From Candidatus Cloacimonadales bacterium (GTDB taxonomy: Bacteria > Cloacimonadota > Cloacimonadia > Cloacimonadales > JAIOQZ01), in the NCBI GenBank assembly GCA_963662655.2, contig CAXXTU010000002.1, positions 640,001 through 704,000 on the forward strand: DNA of 64,000 nucleotides, read 5' to 3'. How positions within the stretch are numbered: the stretch's first letter is position 1; each line of letters opens with the position of its first letter. The notes beneath the pieces are model-generated. The model made no database searches, had not been told where the DNA came from, and worked only from the letters and a program-made list of their open reading frames with translations. Both the position numbers and the translations under genes were made by a program. This document shows, in pieces, positions 47,707-58,055 of this stretch.

Positions 47707-50064
47707 TTACGATTTGCCCATGTACTTCTCCAGGAATTTCAGATATTCCGCCAGGAGATGGAGATGCGTTTCCCGCGCTCGATAGCTGTGATCTTCGAGG
47801 GGAAGCTGGATGTATCGGCATATCCCGCCCAGTTGTGAAATCGCGTCGAAGAGACGCTCGCTTTGCATGGGATAGGTTCCCGAATTGGTGTCTTCCATGC
47901 TGTGGATGAGAAGCAGCGGCTCGTTGATCTGATCCGCATAGAGGAAGGGGGAGACGTTCAGGTACAGATCGCGGTTCTCCCAGAGCGTTCTGCGCTCGCT
48001 CTGGAATCCGAAAGGTGTTAATGTACGATTATAAGCTCCGTTCTTCGCGATTCCGCAAGCGAATTTATCGCTGTGAGCCAACAGATTCACCACCATGAAA
48101 GCGCCGTAGCTGTGACCCATGACGGCCACGCGCCGGGGATCGATAATGCCCAGGCTGTCCAGGTAACTCACGGCGGCTTCCGCGCTGGATGTCATCTGCT
48201 GGATAAAGGTCTCGTTGACGGTCTCGGGATCGCCGATAATCGCGATTTTCGCTCCGTCGAGAACGACATATCCCTGCATACACAGGTAGAGTGGGGATTC
48301 TCCCCAGAGCCAGGTGTAGCGATTCTCGCGATTGACGCTCTGGCTCGCTACGTCCTCACCGGTGTACTCCTCCGGATAGGCGGTCATGATCATCGGGTAG
48401 CGCTTTCCCGGCTGGTAATCGGGTGGAAGGTAGAGCATTCCATCCAGATCGATGCCGTCGTCGCGTTTGTAGCGAACGAGTCGCTTCTCCAGTTGATTTG
48501 CCTCGCGGAAGGGATCGTCGAAGTCCGTCAACTGGCGCGAGGTATCGTCCTGGAAGGAATAGAGAAAATAGTTCGGGGCCTGGGATGGGGATTCGCTACG
48601 GTAGACAATTTCATTAAATCCGCGATAGAATCCGGTCGGTCGTTGATAGGCGTCCGTGGATGACTGCCAGATGCGTTCCTTTTCCCACGTATCGAGGTTG
48701 ACCTTGTCGACAAAGGGGAAGGTGCCGTCTTCCCGATAGCCCATGCCATCGAGGTAGATCGAATGATCGTTGAGGAGGACGACAGAGTTTCCGTGCTCGT
48801 CATTAACCATGACGAGGTTGCCGGGATCGCGGTATTTCTCGGAGACGCTGAAATCGTAGTAGACGTGCTTGTCCCCGGTTTCCAGATTCAGGTGGTAAAT
48901 CGTTTTCCAACGCTTCTTCCAGTCATATTCGTAAACGATGATCTGGTCCCGGGAGATGAAATCCGTACCCTGGAACCGTTTCACCGTACGAAGGTATTCC
49001 TGCGCCGGCTCCGGGTAGTCGCGATACACCAGTTTATCACGGTACTCGACTTCCATATCAGGATCGCCGCCGTCGAGCGTCTCCGGCATGAGCATCCTGT
49101 GAGGATAGAACGGGTGCCAGTAAATGTAGCGATGTCCCGTCTGTACTCCGCCGAGGGGGAGGTTTTCACGCGTGGGCTGTTGAACGAGGGTTTCGAGGCT
49201 TTTTCCCTTGCTGTCCCACATCTCGTAGCGGAACGGAAATCCCCAATAGGGCAGCTTGCGCGAGAAAGGTTTGTCGATCAGGCGAAGAAGAATATACTTG
49301 CCGTCGGGTGAAGGCTGGATGCTTCGGATCAAACCCGGCTCGCCGAAAGGTTTGCTCTTGCCATTTCTGGCGTTGATTTTTACGAGCTGCGTCATGCCGT
49401 AAAAGGTGAAGAGTTCATCGTCGAATTCGTTGTTCAAGAGGTGGCGGAAGGTGCGCATCTGCTTCTTCTCGCCATTGGATTCGAATACGATGGGGCCAAC
49501 CGGCAAAACCGGCGGAGAAGGAGGATTGGTGTAACCTTCGGGAACGGTTCTCAGGAGGAAATTCTCTCCATCCGGAAGCCAGATGAATTCGGAATCGAAG
49601 GCCTGGTTGCATTCTCCGGTATAGATCGGATCGATAGCTCCGGTCTTGCTGTCCCATCTCCATACGGTAATGCGATCCGGTTCGTACTGGTTCATTACGG
49701 CATAGCGCTCATCCGGCGAGAACGACGCACCTCCGAAGTAACCGTTGAGACCCAAATCGGTGATTTCTCCGGTGGCGATATCCATGACGCGAGGGTTTTT
49801 GAGGAAGGAGCTGCGAATGTGCGCGCGATTCTGCGGTGTGATCTCGATTCCCGCGAGCTCGAATTTCTCCAGCGCCAGAAGCTCCAGGGGCATGTAGCTT
49901 TCACGGTCGTAGATCATGAGTTTTCCTGATTTTTCCAGGTAGTTGACGACGGGCGGCCGCGGTCGGTCGAAAATCTCGACGATGTCTTCGGAAGGCAATT
50001 CGTAAGGTATCTGGGCGGAGAGAATTGCTGCCCAAAGCGCGCAAAACGTAATGAACCATTTCAT
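47707..50064 (-). CDS. S9 family prolyl oligopeptidase / acylaminoacyl peptidase
   Basis: Signal peptide, GHSYGA nucleophile motif, YNRTLTPFGFQSE, C-terminal catalytic His (EDHSY). Confidence 0.9.
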   Translation of the reverse strand: MKWFITFCALWAAILSAQIPYELPSEDIVEIFDRPRPPVVNYLEKSGKLMIYDRESYMPLELLALEKFELAGIEITPQNRAHIRSSFLKNPRVMDIATGEITDLGLNGYFGGASFSPDERYAVMNQYEPDRITVWRWDSKTGAIDPIYTGECNQAFDSEFIWLPDGENFLLRTVPEGYTNPPSPPVLPVGPIVFESNGEKKQMRTFRHLLNNEFDDELFTFYGMTQLVKINARNGKSKPFGEPGLIRSIQPSPDGKYILLRLIDKPFSRKLPYWGFPFRYEMWDSKGKSLETLVQQPTRENLPLGGVQTGHRYIYWHPFYPHRMLMPETLDGGDPDMEVEYRDKLVYRDYPEPAQEYLRTVKRFQGTDFISRDQIIVYEYDWKKRWKTIYHLNLETGDKHVYYDFSVSEKYRDPGNLVMVNDEHGNSVVLLNDHSIYLDGMGYREDGTFPFVDKVNLDTWEKERIWQSSTDAYQRPTGFYRGFNEIVYRSESPSQAPNYFLYSFQDDTSRQLTDFDDPFREANQLEKRLVRYKRDDGIDLDGMLYLPPDYQPGKRYPMIMTAYPEEYTGEDVASQSVNRENRYTWLWGESPLYLCMQGYVVLDGAKIAIIGDPETVNETFIQQMTSSAEAAVSYLDSLGIIDPRRVAVMGHSYGAFMVVNLLAHSDKFACGIAKNGAYNRTLTPFGFQSERRTLWENRDLYLNVSPFLYADQINEPLLLIHSMEDTNSGTYPMQSERLFDAISQLGGICRYIQLPLEDHSYRARETHLHLLAEYLKFLEKYMGKS

Positions 50065-50068
50065 ATAA

Positions 50069-51382
50069 TCAGTCCTCTTTTACATATAATGACCAGGCGT
50101 CCCTGCAAAGGTCGCACTGATGATAACGGCAGAAATCGCTGTAAAGCTGGATGATTCCCTGCTGATGCACATTGCTCATTTTACCCGGTGACATCCCGGG
50201 CAGGAATGAACGCATCGTGCGGATCACACGATTCTCGTCAAGCGGCGGGTATTGTCCAAAACTTTTTTCTATGGCCGCCTGTAAATCCTGATACCCTTTC
50301 TGGCGACTGAACAGCAGCATCAGAGGTAAGAGGATGTTGACGATGAGCGCGTCGATCCGCGAAGCTCCCATGTGATATTTTTCCGGAAGCCAGCCTTGAG
50401 AATCGGCAAGCAGTTTTATAATCCGTTCCCGTACAGTGGAAACGCTGAATGAATCGATTGGTTGCGAAAAACATTTCACGAACAGGTGAAACAGTGAGGT
50501 GTCGAAGGAATCCCACAAGAGCTGGGCTACTTGCATCAACCGTAGTGCCGGGTGATTAATCGGGCGTTGCCGAAAGAGCTTCCACTGGATGTGAATTGGG
50601 ATTTCGGCAGGCTCGGCGAGTTCCCGCCATTTCGCGATCCATATCATTGGGTAGGTAGAGGGGAGATGCTCCAGAAGGCCGGCGTTGCCGAGGATTGTCC
50701 CCAGCATGGCGTCGCGGGATTTCCCCTGCGTCTTGAAAGTCTTCAGGAAGTCGTACGGGACGGCTCGTGCAAGCTCGAGCATCTGGAACTTGTTCTTGCT
50801 GTATCCAAGGGATTCCGCGAGCCCCTGCCACAGCACCTGGTCGAAATCGTTGAAGAGGAGTTCGGTCGCGAAGCGGTTGCTTTTTTTTATCAGTCGCACC
50901 ATCCCCAGGTTTTCGAAAAAGGTGTGGGGATCGGTGAGGTTGCCCAGCAATTCGCAGGATTTGTCAGATGGCTCGAATCTCTCATCCGTATAGCGAGCCG
51001 CAAGTTTTTGCAGGGACTCATCCATTTGCCGCTTCAACGGGAGGATGTCGATTTGCCTACCGTTGGGTAAATCTGTTGAATCGCTGGCTGTATCGTGGTC
51101 CAGAACGACGTGCAGAATGACGTGATGGTATGCGGGATTTTCGCTGTGCTTGTGTGAAATCCAGTCGGAGGAGCGAAGATGGATCTCGACATCGCCGTGC
51201 AGGACTTCCGTATCGATCCGGACAACGGCAGCGAGGAAATCGGGGCCTTCGTCCGTGTTCCACTGCCCCGGGAAAAGTACCTCGATCTCCTTTCCGGAAA
51301 CGGTCTTCAGCTTGTGGCGCAGATGCCCCGTATCCCAGATGTGATACAAAAACCGTTCCCGGAAGGAGTGAGTGTTACGCAT
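50069..51382 (-). CDS. DUF2851 family protein
   Basis: ERFLYHIW, GPDF, GDVEIH...SSDW..H.H, VILHVV. Confidence 0.85.
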   Translation of the reverse strand: MRNTHSFRERFLYHIWDTGHLRHKLKTVSGKEIEVLFPGQWNTDEGPDFLAAVVRIDTEVLHGDVEIHLRSSDWISHKHSENPAYHHVILHVVLDHDTASDSTDLPNGRQIDILPLKRQMDESLQKLAARYTDERFEPSDKSCELLGNLTDPHTFFENLGMVRLIKKSNRFATELLFNDFDQVLWQGLAESLGYSKNKFQMLELARAVPYDFLKTFKTQGKSRDAMLGTILGNAGLLEHLPSTYPMIWIAKWRELAEPAEIPIHIQWKLFRQRPINHPALRLMQVAQLLWDSFDTSLFHLFVKCFSQPIDSFSVSTVRERIIKLLADSQGWLPEKYHMGASRIDALIVNILLPLMLLFSRQKGYQDLQAAIEKSFGQYPPLDENRVIRTMRSFLPGMSPGKMSNVHQQGIIQLYSDFCRYHQCDLCRDAWSLYVKED

Positions 51383-51391
51383 GGATATCTA

Positions 51392-54300
51392 TCAAATTTC
51401 CTTGAGGATTTCCTCGATGGCTCTTTCGAGCTGCACATCGTCTTCATCGATGATCTGCTGCGGCGTGGGGTCTACGAAGATGTCCGGCTGAACGCCGTTG
51501 CCTTCCAGGTTCATGCCGTCCAGCGAATACCATCCGTTCTTCGGCATGCGCATGCTGGAGCCGTCCATGAAGGTTTTTTGTCCGGTTCCGATCACCGAGC
51601 CGCTCGTTGGCATTCCGATCACCTTGCCCAGCTTGAGCTCCTTGAAGATGAAAGGGAAAATCTCACCGTCGGAGAAGGCGTTTTGGTCGATCAGCAGCAC
51701 GATGGGCTTATCCCAGAGGTTCCAGGGGGTCTTGTGCAGTCTGTTATTGTAATGGCGCGATGAAGAGAGGGCATACGGCTTGCGTGTCAGCGCTTCGAGC
51801 ACGTAATCGTGGATCCAGCCACCACCGTTTCCGCGGAAATCGAGAATCAGGGCTTCCTTATCGTAATTGAGAACGTAGAGGTCGTCCATGAACTTCTCGT
51901 AGTTGTCCCAGTTCATGCCTGTGACATGGACGTACGCGACGCGATTATCGGTTCGTTCGGCGATGATGTCCGCGCATTCGTAATCTTTGTTTTTCTCGCG
52001 GAGATGGTAATTCGCCCAGATGCTTATGCCTTTGATGCGCGCTTGCTTCACGCCGCCGTCCGTATTGAATTCCAGATCGATCTTTTTGCCAACCTTGCGC
52101 AGAAGCAGGGCTTCGATATCCGTGTCTCTCTCGATCTCGACACCGTTGATTTTGAGGAGGACGTCGCCTTCGCGGATTCCGAAGGGTTCGTAGAGTTTGC
52201 TATCGCGGTAAACCTTCTGTACGCGAATACCGTTGTTCAGTTGATTCCGGTAATCGAGCTCGATGCCGAGGCAAGCCGGAGAGGAGTATTGGAAATTACC
52301 GTCTTCTCTGGGATAGAAACCCGTGTGGGATGCGTTCACGTCTCCGATCATCTCTTCGACGATCAAGCCGAGCATGTCCGGCGTAATGGCGTATTGCGTA
52401 TAAGGCTTATACCGCTTGTAGGCATCGTCCCAATCGACACCGTGCATGTCAGGTGTGTAGAATCCGTGACCGAATTCTTCCCATACTTGCTCGAAGATAC
52501 TCTGGTTCAGTTGATGGTTGTTCCAGGTGTACTGGAGACTGTTCTTCACGAGTTCTGAGCTCTTCGAAGAGGGATCATAGCTGGAGAGTGTCGTTCCGTC
52601 CTTGAAAAAGAATTTACCGGGGTTCTCGTAGTAGACGATGTCGCCGATTCCTTCGCCGATGTCGCCGATCTTCTCGTCTTCTTCACCCCTGGAATCGGAT
52701 TTCCTCAGGGTGTACTTGTCATCCAGGATGTTGCAGTAGTAGAAGGTGGAGTCATCGATCACGTGGACGACGATGTTGTCGCCGCGACGCTTGATGATGA
52801 GCGCCTGGCGGTTGCGAATATCATCCAGCTTGTATTGAACCGGCGTCTTGCCCGATTCCTCATCCTCGGCATCCTCGTCTTCGGAATCGTCATCCGTTTC
52901 GGGATCGAGGATATCCTTCCAGGGGTCTTCCTGCTGGTAGTAATCGTCCTTGGGGAAGAGATCGAGGCGGTAGATATCGGAATCGCGGGTGTAGTAGGCG
53001 GTTTTGCCATCCAGTCCCCACTTGATTGCGTATATGTATTCGCGCAATGTCATGAGAGTCACGTCTTTCTTTTCCTGTAGATCGTACAAGTGAAACTCGC
53101 TGTAATAAAACTCTTCTAACGATTGCGTGTAAATAAGGTAGCGTTCGTCAGGACTGAGGCCCGAAACGCTCTGCACCGAGCGCTCGACGATCACGTCGAT
53201 ATCGCTGAGGGCGCTGTCGGCCAGCGCGAGGTAGTTTCGCTTGTCTTCGATGGAGAAGGAAATCAGAAGCTGGTTGTTCGCCAGACGCTTGATTTGATTG
53301 ATATATCGATCTTTGCTCCAGCGAATGTGCTCGGTCTCGCCGGGTGTTTTCACGCTGGTCTTGTAAAGCTGGGGGAGACCTTCATTGTACGAGATGTAGT
53401 AGACCGTCGTGCCGTCGTTCATCACGACGATGTCGTCGATACCGGCCTGATTTTTCGTGAGCTGCATCACGTCTCCGCCGGCGAGAGGCATCGCGAAGAG
53501 GTCGTAGGCCACGCTGAAAGCGATGAGCTTGCCGTCGGGAGATATCCCGTATTTTTCGAAGCAATTGTTGTATGCTCTGGTGACCTCGAACGTATCGTAG
53601 AACTGCTCTTTGATCTCGATCGGGACTGCCGCGGTTTTGCCGGTCTTGGGATCGTAGGTTTCGAGATGATCGAACAGCTCGTACACCATGCGATCGTTAT
53701 CGTGCGCGATTGAAATGTCTCGGGGCGACCAGTGGTCGTAGCTGGTAAGCTGCTCGCGCTGGCTCAAATCGCTGATCGGAGCCTTGAAGAGTTGGAAGTT
53801 GTCTCCGTCGGAGTAGGAGAAATAGACCACATCCTCGGTCTTCGAGCAGACCGGGTAACGCTCCGTAAGTTGGGTGTCGGTTAGGCGTGTGTATTCTTTC
53901 GTCTTGGTATCGATTTTCCAAAGTTCGCCGTTGATGCTACCCTCGTATTTCTCGCGGAATGCCTCCCCGCGGTCGCAGTAGATGATCGCGTCGCCGTCTT
54001 TGGTGAAACTGGCGAAATTCCCTCCGTAACCAGCGAATACCTCAGGGCGTCCGCCGTCGATGTTCACACGGTAGAAAGTCTGCCAGGACTTGCTTCCCTG
54101 ATAAGCGAGAAGCAGCGATTCGCTGTCCGGAAACCAGTCGATAACGAAGGAAATTCCGGTCGAAATCCTTTTCGCGGTTCCGCCGTCGGATGGAATAATG
54201 TAACTTGCCGGGTATCCCTCAAAAGTACTCTGGAAGGCGATCCATTTTCCATCGGGTGAGTAGACGGGCTCCATTTCCTTTCCTTCCGTGGAGGTGAGCC

Positions 54301-54466
54301 TTTTCGCGTCGCCGCCGGCAAAGGGGACAGACCAGAGGTCGTCCATGTAAACGAAGCAAACCGTTTCACCGTCCGGTGAAATTGCCGGATCGACCATAAA
54401 ATGAGGTTCGTATGCGGATAATACATTCAACACGAGCACGATAGCAATCATCAGGTTCCATTTCAT
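51392..54466 (-). CDS. Tricorn-like S41 peptidase (PD40 propellers, PDZ)
   Basis: SPDG repeats, DFRGNGGG, AFSDGE, GSVIGT, EGNGVQPD. Confidence 0.9.
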   Translation of the reverse strand: MKWNLMIAIVLVLNVLSAYEPHFMVDPAISPDGETVCFVYMDDLWSVPFAGGDAKRLTSTEGKEMEPVYSPDGKWIAFQSTFEGYPASYIIPSDGGTAKRISTGISFVIDWFPDSESLLLAYQGSKSWQTFYRVNIDGGRPEVFAGYGGNFASFTKDGDAIIYCDRGEAFREKYEGSINGELWKIDTKTKEYTRLTDTQLTERYPVCSKTEDVVYFSYSDGDNFQLFKAPISDLSQREQLTSYDHWSPRDISIAHDNDRMVYELFDHLETYDPKTGKTAAVPIEIKEQFYDTFEVTRAYNNCFEKYGISPDGKLIAFSVAYDLFAMPLAGGDVMQLTKNQAGIDDIVVMNDGTTVYYISYNEGLPQLYKTSVKTPGETEHIRWSKDRYINQIKRLANNQLLISFSIEDKRNYLALADSALSDIDVIVERSVQSVSGLSPDERYLIYTQSLEEFYYSEFHLYDLQEKKDVTLMTLREYIYAIKWGLDGKTAYYTRDSDIYRLDLFPKDDYYQQEDPWKDILDPETDDDSEDEDAEDEESGKTPVQYKLDDIRNRQALIIKRRGDNIVVHVIDDSTFYYCNILDDKYTLRKSDSRGEEDEKIGDIGEGIGDIVYYENPGKFFFKDGTTLSSYDPSSKSSELVKNSLQYTWNNHQLNQSIFEQVWEEFGHGFYTPDMHGVDWDDAYKRYKPYTQYAITPDMLGLIVEEMIGDVNASHTGFYPREDGNFQYSSPACLGIELDYRNQLNNGIRVQKVYRDSKLYEPFGIREGDVLLKINGVEIERDTDIEALLLRKVGKKIDLEFNTDGGVKQARIKGISIWANYHLREKNKDYECADIIAERTDNRVAYVHVTGMNWDNYEKFMDDLYVLNYDKEALILDFRGNGGGWIHDYVLEALTRKPYALSSSRHYNNRLHKTPWNLWDKPIVLLIDQNAFSDGEIFPFIFKELKLGKVIGMPTSGSVIGTGQKTFMDGSSMRMPKNGWYSLDGMNLEGNGVQPDIFVDPTPQQIIDEDDVQLERAIEEILKEI

Positions 54467-54478
54467 AAAAAAATCCTT

Positions 54479-57190
54479 TTAGTATGTAATTTCTTGTACT
54501 TGCCGATTCTTATGCAATAACTGTGCCTTGATTAACTGTCCTTCACCGAAACCGAAGTGAAGAAACTGGCTGTTCTGGGAAGTAGTACCCTTCGCGCTGG
54601 ACAGCTCTCTCATGATCCGGTATTTACCGATCTGTGGATCGTTCACGGTCAGCACGATGCGAGCGCCGAGAAGAGGGGAATTCGGCAGAAAACGCTTCCA
54701 TCCGCTTTGAGGGACCATCGCGGGGGTGTTCTCATTCCAGAAAGGCTTGAACGATATCGAACGGTTCGGATTCCGGGTAACGTTATGGAAAAGCTTCACG
54801 CCGCTCCCGCTGCCCACACAGATATCCAGCCGACCGTCAAGGTCGATGTCCGCAACGGCGTTACCCCAGCCGTTGTAGACCCGGCAACCGCTGAGCCAGG
54901 TGATGTCTGAAAACGTTCCGTCGCCGTTGTTACGGTACATGTAGGAACGGTCGTTTTGGTAGATCGAGGTGATGTAGAGATCGAGGTCTCCGTCGTTGTC
55001 GGCGTCGAACCATGTCGGATCCGAGTGAAGCTCGTCGTAGGCGATACCGGCCTCTTCGGTCACGTCGGTGAATTGGGTGTATTCAATCGTTTCTCCGTCG
55101 ATCACGCGCCAGGTCTTGCCATCGTTGCGGAAGAGGACGCTGATGTCCGAGAATTCGATGTAGCGCGGATGGGCGAGATTCGCGATGAAGAGGTCGAGGT
55201 CTCCGTCGTTGTCGTAGTCGCCCCAGTCGGCCCCGATGCTATGCCCGTACCATCCATCGACGTTGTTTCCCGCAAGACCTTCCAGCGCGGCTATGTCGGA
55301 TAGCCTGCCGGTCTGCGGGTCGTAATCGAACAGAAAATTCCGGTCCAGCCGGTAGTTGCAAACCAGGATTTCCTGAACACCGTCGTTGTCGTAATCCGCC
55401 GGCGCAATGCCTCGTCCCGCCTGCGCGTTCAAGGAATCGTCGTACATGGTGCGGATTCCTATGATTTCGCTGGTATCGATGAGATTTCCGCGGTTGTTGC
55501 TGAAGAAGAAGTCGGGGAGACCGATGTATTTCCCGCCGATCTCGTAGCTGGCGAGATAGAGCTCGGGGTAGCCGTCCAGATCGAGATCCGTCCACGCGGC
55601 TCCCTCGGTGGGGTAGGGGTCGCTGATTGTCGTGTCGGCCTCGGGGAAGAATCCCGTCCCCATCGCCTTGTATAGGACGTCGGATGGCGCTTTGTCCGCG
55701 TGGGACGTCACGGCGATATCCAGATACCCGTCCATGTTGCAGTCGGCCCACAAGCCGCCCGATGCTCCATTGGGTTGCAGACGTGATTTCTCGGTGACAT
55801 CGGTGAAGGTCATGTTGCCGTTGTTCCGCCAGAGTTTCCTGCCGGAGAGGAGCAAATCTTCGTCGCCGTCGTTATCGAAATCTCCAAAGGCAACGCGCGA
55901 TTCACGGCTTTCGGAGAGGCCGGCCTCGATGGTGATGTCCTCAAAAACGATATCGCTGTAGCCTGCGATGTTCCGCGCCCACAGCATGATGTCGGACTCG
56001 ATCCCGAGTTCCTTGTGGATATCTTCGAGGATATCGAAAGCCTTCTCGTCGTATCGTTTACGTGGCGCGCCCAGAGCCAGGCATTGAATGAGTTCTGACG
56101 CTGCTTCGAGCTTTGTGTCGCCGTTTCCGCTCATTGCGAGTAACCGTCCCTTCCAGAAGGCGACCTCGGCTTGTTCGCCTGCGTCGTTGTTCTTGTAATG
56201 GATGGCTTGCAGCGCTTCAACGGAGCGGCGGATGTTGCCTTCGATCTCGTCCTGGGCAATCAAATCGTACTTCAATCGCAAATAGGTAAGTGTCGCCTGG
56301 AGGAGTGTGGCTTTTCTGCGAAAGTCCTCCGGGGAAAGATTTTGATACATGAAGCGGACGCTGTCCCGGTTCGAAAGCGATTCGAGAATCTGGTTGTTCA
56401 TGAACTCCGCCTGATCCAGAAATCGCCTCAGCGCGCTTGGATCGTCATCGGCGGCCAGGTAATCCAGAAGATCGCCGTTCAGCATGGCTCGAACGGATGC
56501 GTAACGACGGATATTGCTCGTTTGTCGTATGCTCGAAAGCGCGTCGATCACCTGTGCGTACTGCTTGAGGTTTGTCATCGCCGAAACGCGAAAGTACTCG
56601 AGCGATGGCGTCCACTCTGATTCCGGGAGGATTCTCAGGAGGCGATCGATCATCTCGATGCGTAGGCTGTCGTTGCGCTCTACGGCGATCGCGTCCACCT
56701 TTTCTTTAGCGAAATCGGCGAGAATCTCGTTCGCGGTTCCGTATGCCGAAAGGAGTTTCTCGATCCGGAGTTCGCGCAGGGAATCCGGCAGCTCTCTCTC
56801 CATCGCCAGGATGAGCGTTTGGGAGATGTCCTCGCGTGAGAATTCGATGTCCCGCAGGAAGTCGCATTGCGCCCGGTATTCGTCGTTGTTCAGATCGAGA
56901 TGGATATACTGGTATGCAGCCGGGAGGTCGTGCAGCGTCTTGGCCTTCTGGAAGAGCATGCGCGAGTAAGAGATTGTATCGCCCTTCGCGCGGTAGTAGT
57001 CCATGAAAACGGTGTAGAAGTATGGATTGTCTGCCGATTCTTGCATCATGATCGAGACCGGATCGATATTTCTTTCGAAGATATGCCACAGTTCTTTCTG
57101 ATGAATGAAACGCAAATCATCCATGTTCAAGGACGAAAGCGTCGAGCCCGTGAGCAGAAGCAGACCAATGATGAGGACGTATGTTCGCAT
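54479..57190 (-). CDS. CRTAC1/FG-GAP repeat protein with helical N-terminal region
   Basis: Repeated DxDNDGDxDL Ca-binding motifs; C-terminal SQNS..LHFG (ASPIC/UnbV-like). Confidence 0.8.
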   Translation of the reverse strand: MRTYVLIIGLLLLTGSTLSSLNMDDLRFIHQKELWHIFERNIDPVSIMMQESADNPYFYTVFMDYYRAKGDTISYSRMLFQKAKTLHDLPAAYQYIHLDLNNDEYRAQCDFLRDIEFSREDISQTLILAMERELPDSLRELRIEKLLSAYGTANEILADFAKEKVDAIAVERNDSLRIEMIDRLLRILPESEWTPSLEYFRVSAMTNLKQYAQVIDALSSIRQTSNIRRYASVRAMLNGDLLDYLAADDDPSALRRFLDQAEFMNNQILESLSNRDSVRFMYQNLSPEDFRRKATLLQATLTYLRLKYDLIAQDEIEGNIRRSVEALQAIHYKNNDAGEQAEVAFWKGRLLAMSGNGDTKLEAASELIQCLALGAPRKRYDEKAFDILEDIHKELGIESDIMLWARNIAGYSDIVFEDITIEAGLSESRESRVAFGDFDNDGDEDLLLSGRKLWRNNGNMTFTDVTEKSRLQPNGASGGLWADCNMDGYLDIAVTSHADKAPSDVLYKAMGTGFFPEADTTISDPYPTEGAAWTDLDLDGYPELYLASYEIGGKYIGLPDFFFSNNRGNLIDTSEIIGIRTMYDDSLNAQAGRGIAPADYDNDGVQEILVCNYRLDRNFLFDYDPQTGRLSDIAALEGLAGNNVDGWYGHSIGADWGDYDNDGDLDLFIANLAHPRYIEFSDISVLFRNDGKTWRVIDGETIEYTQFTDVTEEAGIAYDELHSDPTWFDADNDGDLDLYITSIYQNDRSYMYRNNGDGTFSDITWLSGCRVYNGWGNAVADIDLDGRLDICVGSGSGVKLFHNVTRNPNRSISFKPFWNENTPAMVPQSGWKRFLPNSPLLGARIVLTVNDPQIGKYRIMRELSSAKGTTSQNSQFLHFGFGEGQLIKAQLLHKNRQVQEITY

Positions 57191-57241
57191 GTGTTTTCTC
57201 CAAATGCATCGTAACCGGTTATGGGAAGAGAGATACTCTAT

Positions 57242-57272
57242 AAAAAAACAAAAGGCGGTTCGAAAACCGCCT
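57242..57272 (-). terminator. Intrinsic terminator of the tsf-pyrH-frr-ferredoxin unit
   Basis: AGGCGGTT-CGAA-AACCGCCT stem (UUCG loop on the minus strand) plus T-rich tail. Confidence 0.8.
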
Positions 57273-57298
57273 CATGTCAATTTTTTTTTAATTCAGGA

Positions 57299-57472
57299 TC
57301 AACCGCCGTTTCCGCGTATCGCGTCCACCGGGCAGATTTCCTGACATTTTCCGCAATCGATACATGAATCTGTGATTTCGTGCATCCCGTCGCCTTCAAT
57401 AATTGCCGAGACGGGGCATACGTCGACACATTCACCGCAGTTTACGCATTCTGATGTTATCACAAAGGGCAT
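57299..57472 (-). CDS. 2[4Fe-4S] ferredoxin (57 aa; absent from the ORF track)
   Basis: Manual translation MPFVITSECVNCGECVDVCPVSAIIEGDGMHEITDSCIDCGKCQEICPVDAIRGNGG with two CxxCxxCxxxCP motifs; GAGGA RBS. Confidence 0.92.
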   Translation of the reverse strand: MPFVITSECVNCGECVDVCPVSAIIEGDGMHEITDSCIDCGKCQEICPVDAIRGNGG

Positions 57473-57481
57473 AGGGTCCTC

Positions 57482-58036
57482 TTAGATTTCCATAATCTCT
57501 TTTTCTTTGTGATCAGCAGACTCGGAAGTCTTCTCGATCCATTTATCCGTCAGTTCCTGAATGTCGGTGAGAACCTTCTTCTCATCGTCTTCAGTAATTT
57601 CACTATTTTTCTTCATCTTTTTGGCCGTTTCATTGCCATCTCGACGAATATTGCGAACCGATATCTTGGTATCTTCCGCAAGCTTGCGAATCTGTTTCAC
57701 GATATCTTTGCGCTTCTCTTCGGTAAGTTGAGGGAAGGGCAGGCGAATCACATTGCCATCGTTGTCGGGCGTGATGCCAAGATTGGCAGCCAGAATTTCT
57801 TTTTCGATGTCGCCGAGGGTCGTTTTGTCCCAGGGCTGAATCACGATCAAGCGCGGCTCGGGTATCGAAATATTACAAAGCTGTTTGATAGGTGTCGGTG
57901 AACCGTAGTAGTTTACCTTGATATCATCGAGTATCGCGACACTTGCTCTTCCTGTGCGAAGCTTGCTGAATTGATGGAGAAGGCTTTCGTGCGTTTTCTG
58001 CATCTTCAGTTCAAGTTCTTTTTTCAGCTTTTCCAT
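57482..58036 (-). CDS. frr: Ribosome recycling factor
   Basis: LRTGRA, YYGSPTP, LTEEKRK, VRNIRRD. Confidence 0.97.
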   Translation of the reverse strand: MEKLKKELELKMQKTHESLLHQFSKLRTGRASVAILDDIKVNYYGSPTPIKQLCNISIPEPRLIVIQPWDKTTLGDIEKEILAANLGITPDNDGNVIRLPFPQLTEEKRKDIVKQIRKLAEDTKISVRNIRRDGNETAKKMKKNSEITEDDEKKVLTDIQELTDKWIEKTSESADHKEKEIMEI

Positions 58037-58055
58037 ATCTTACTCCTGTTTCCTG

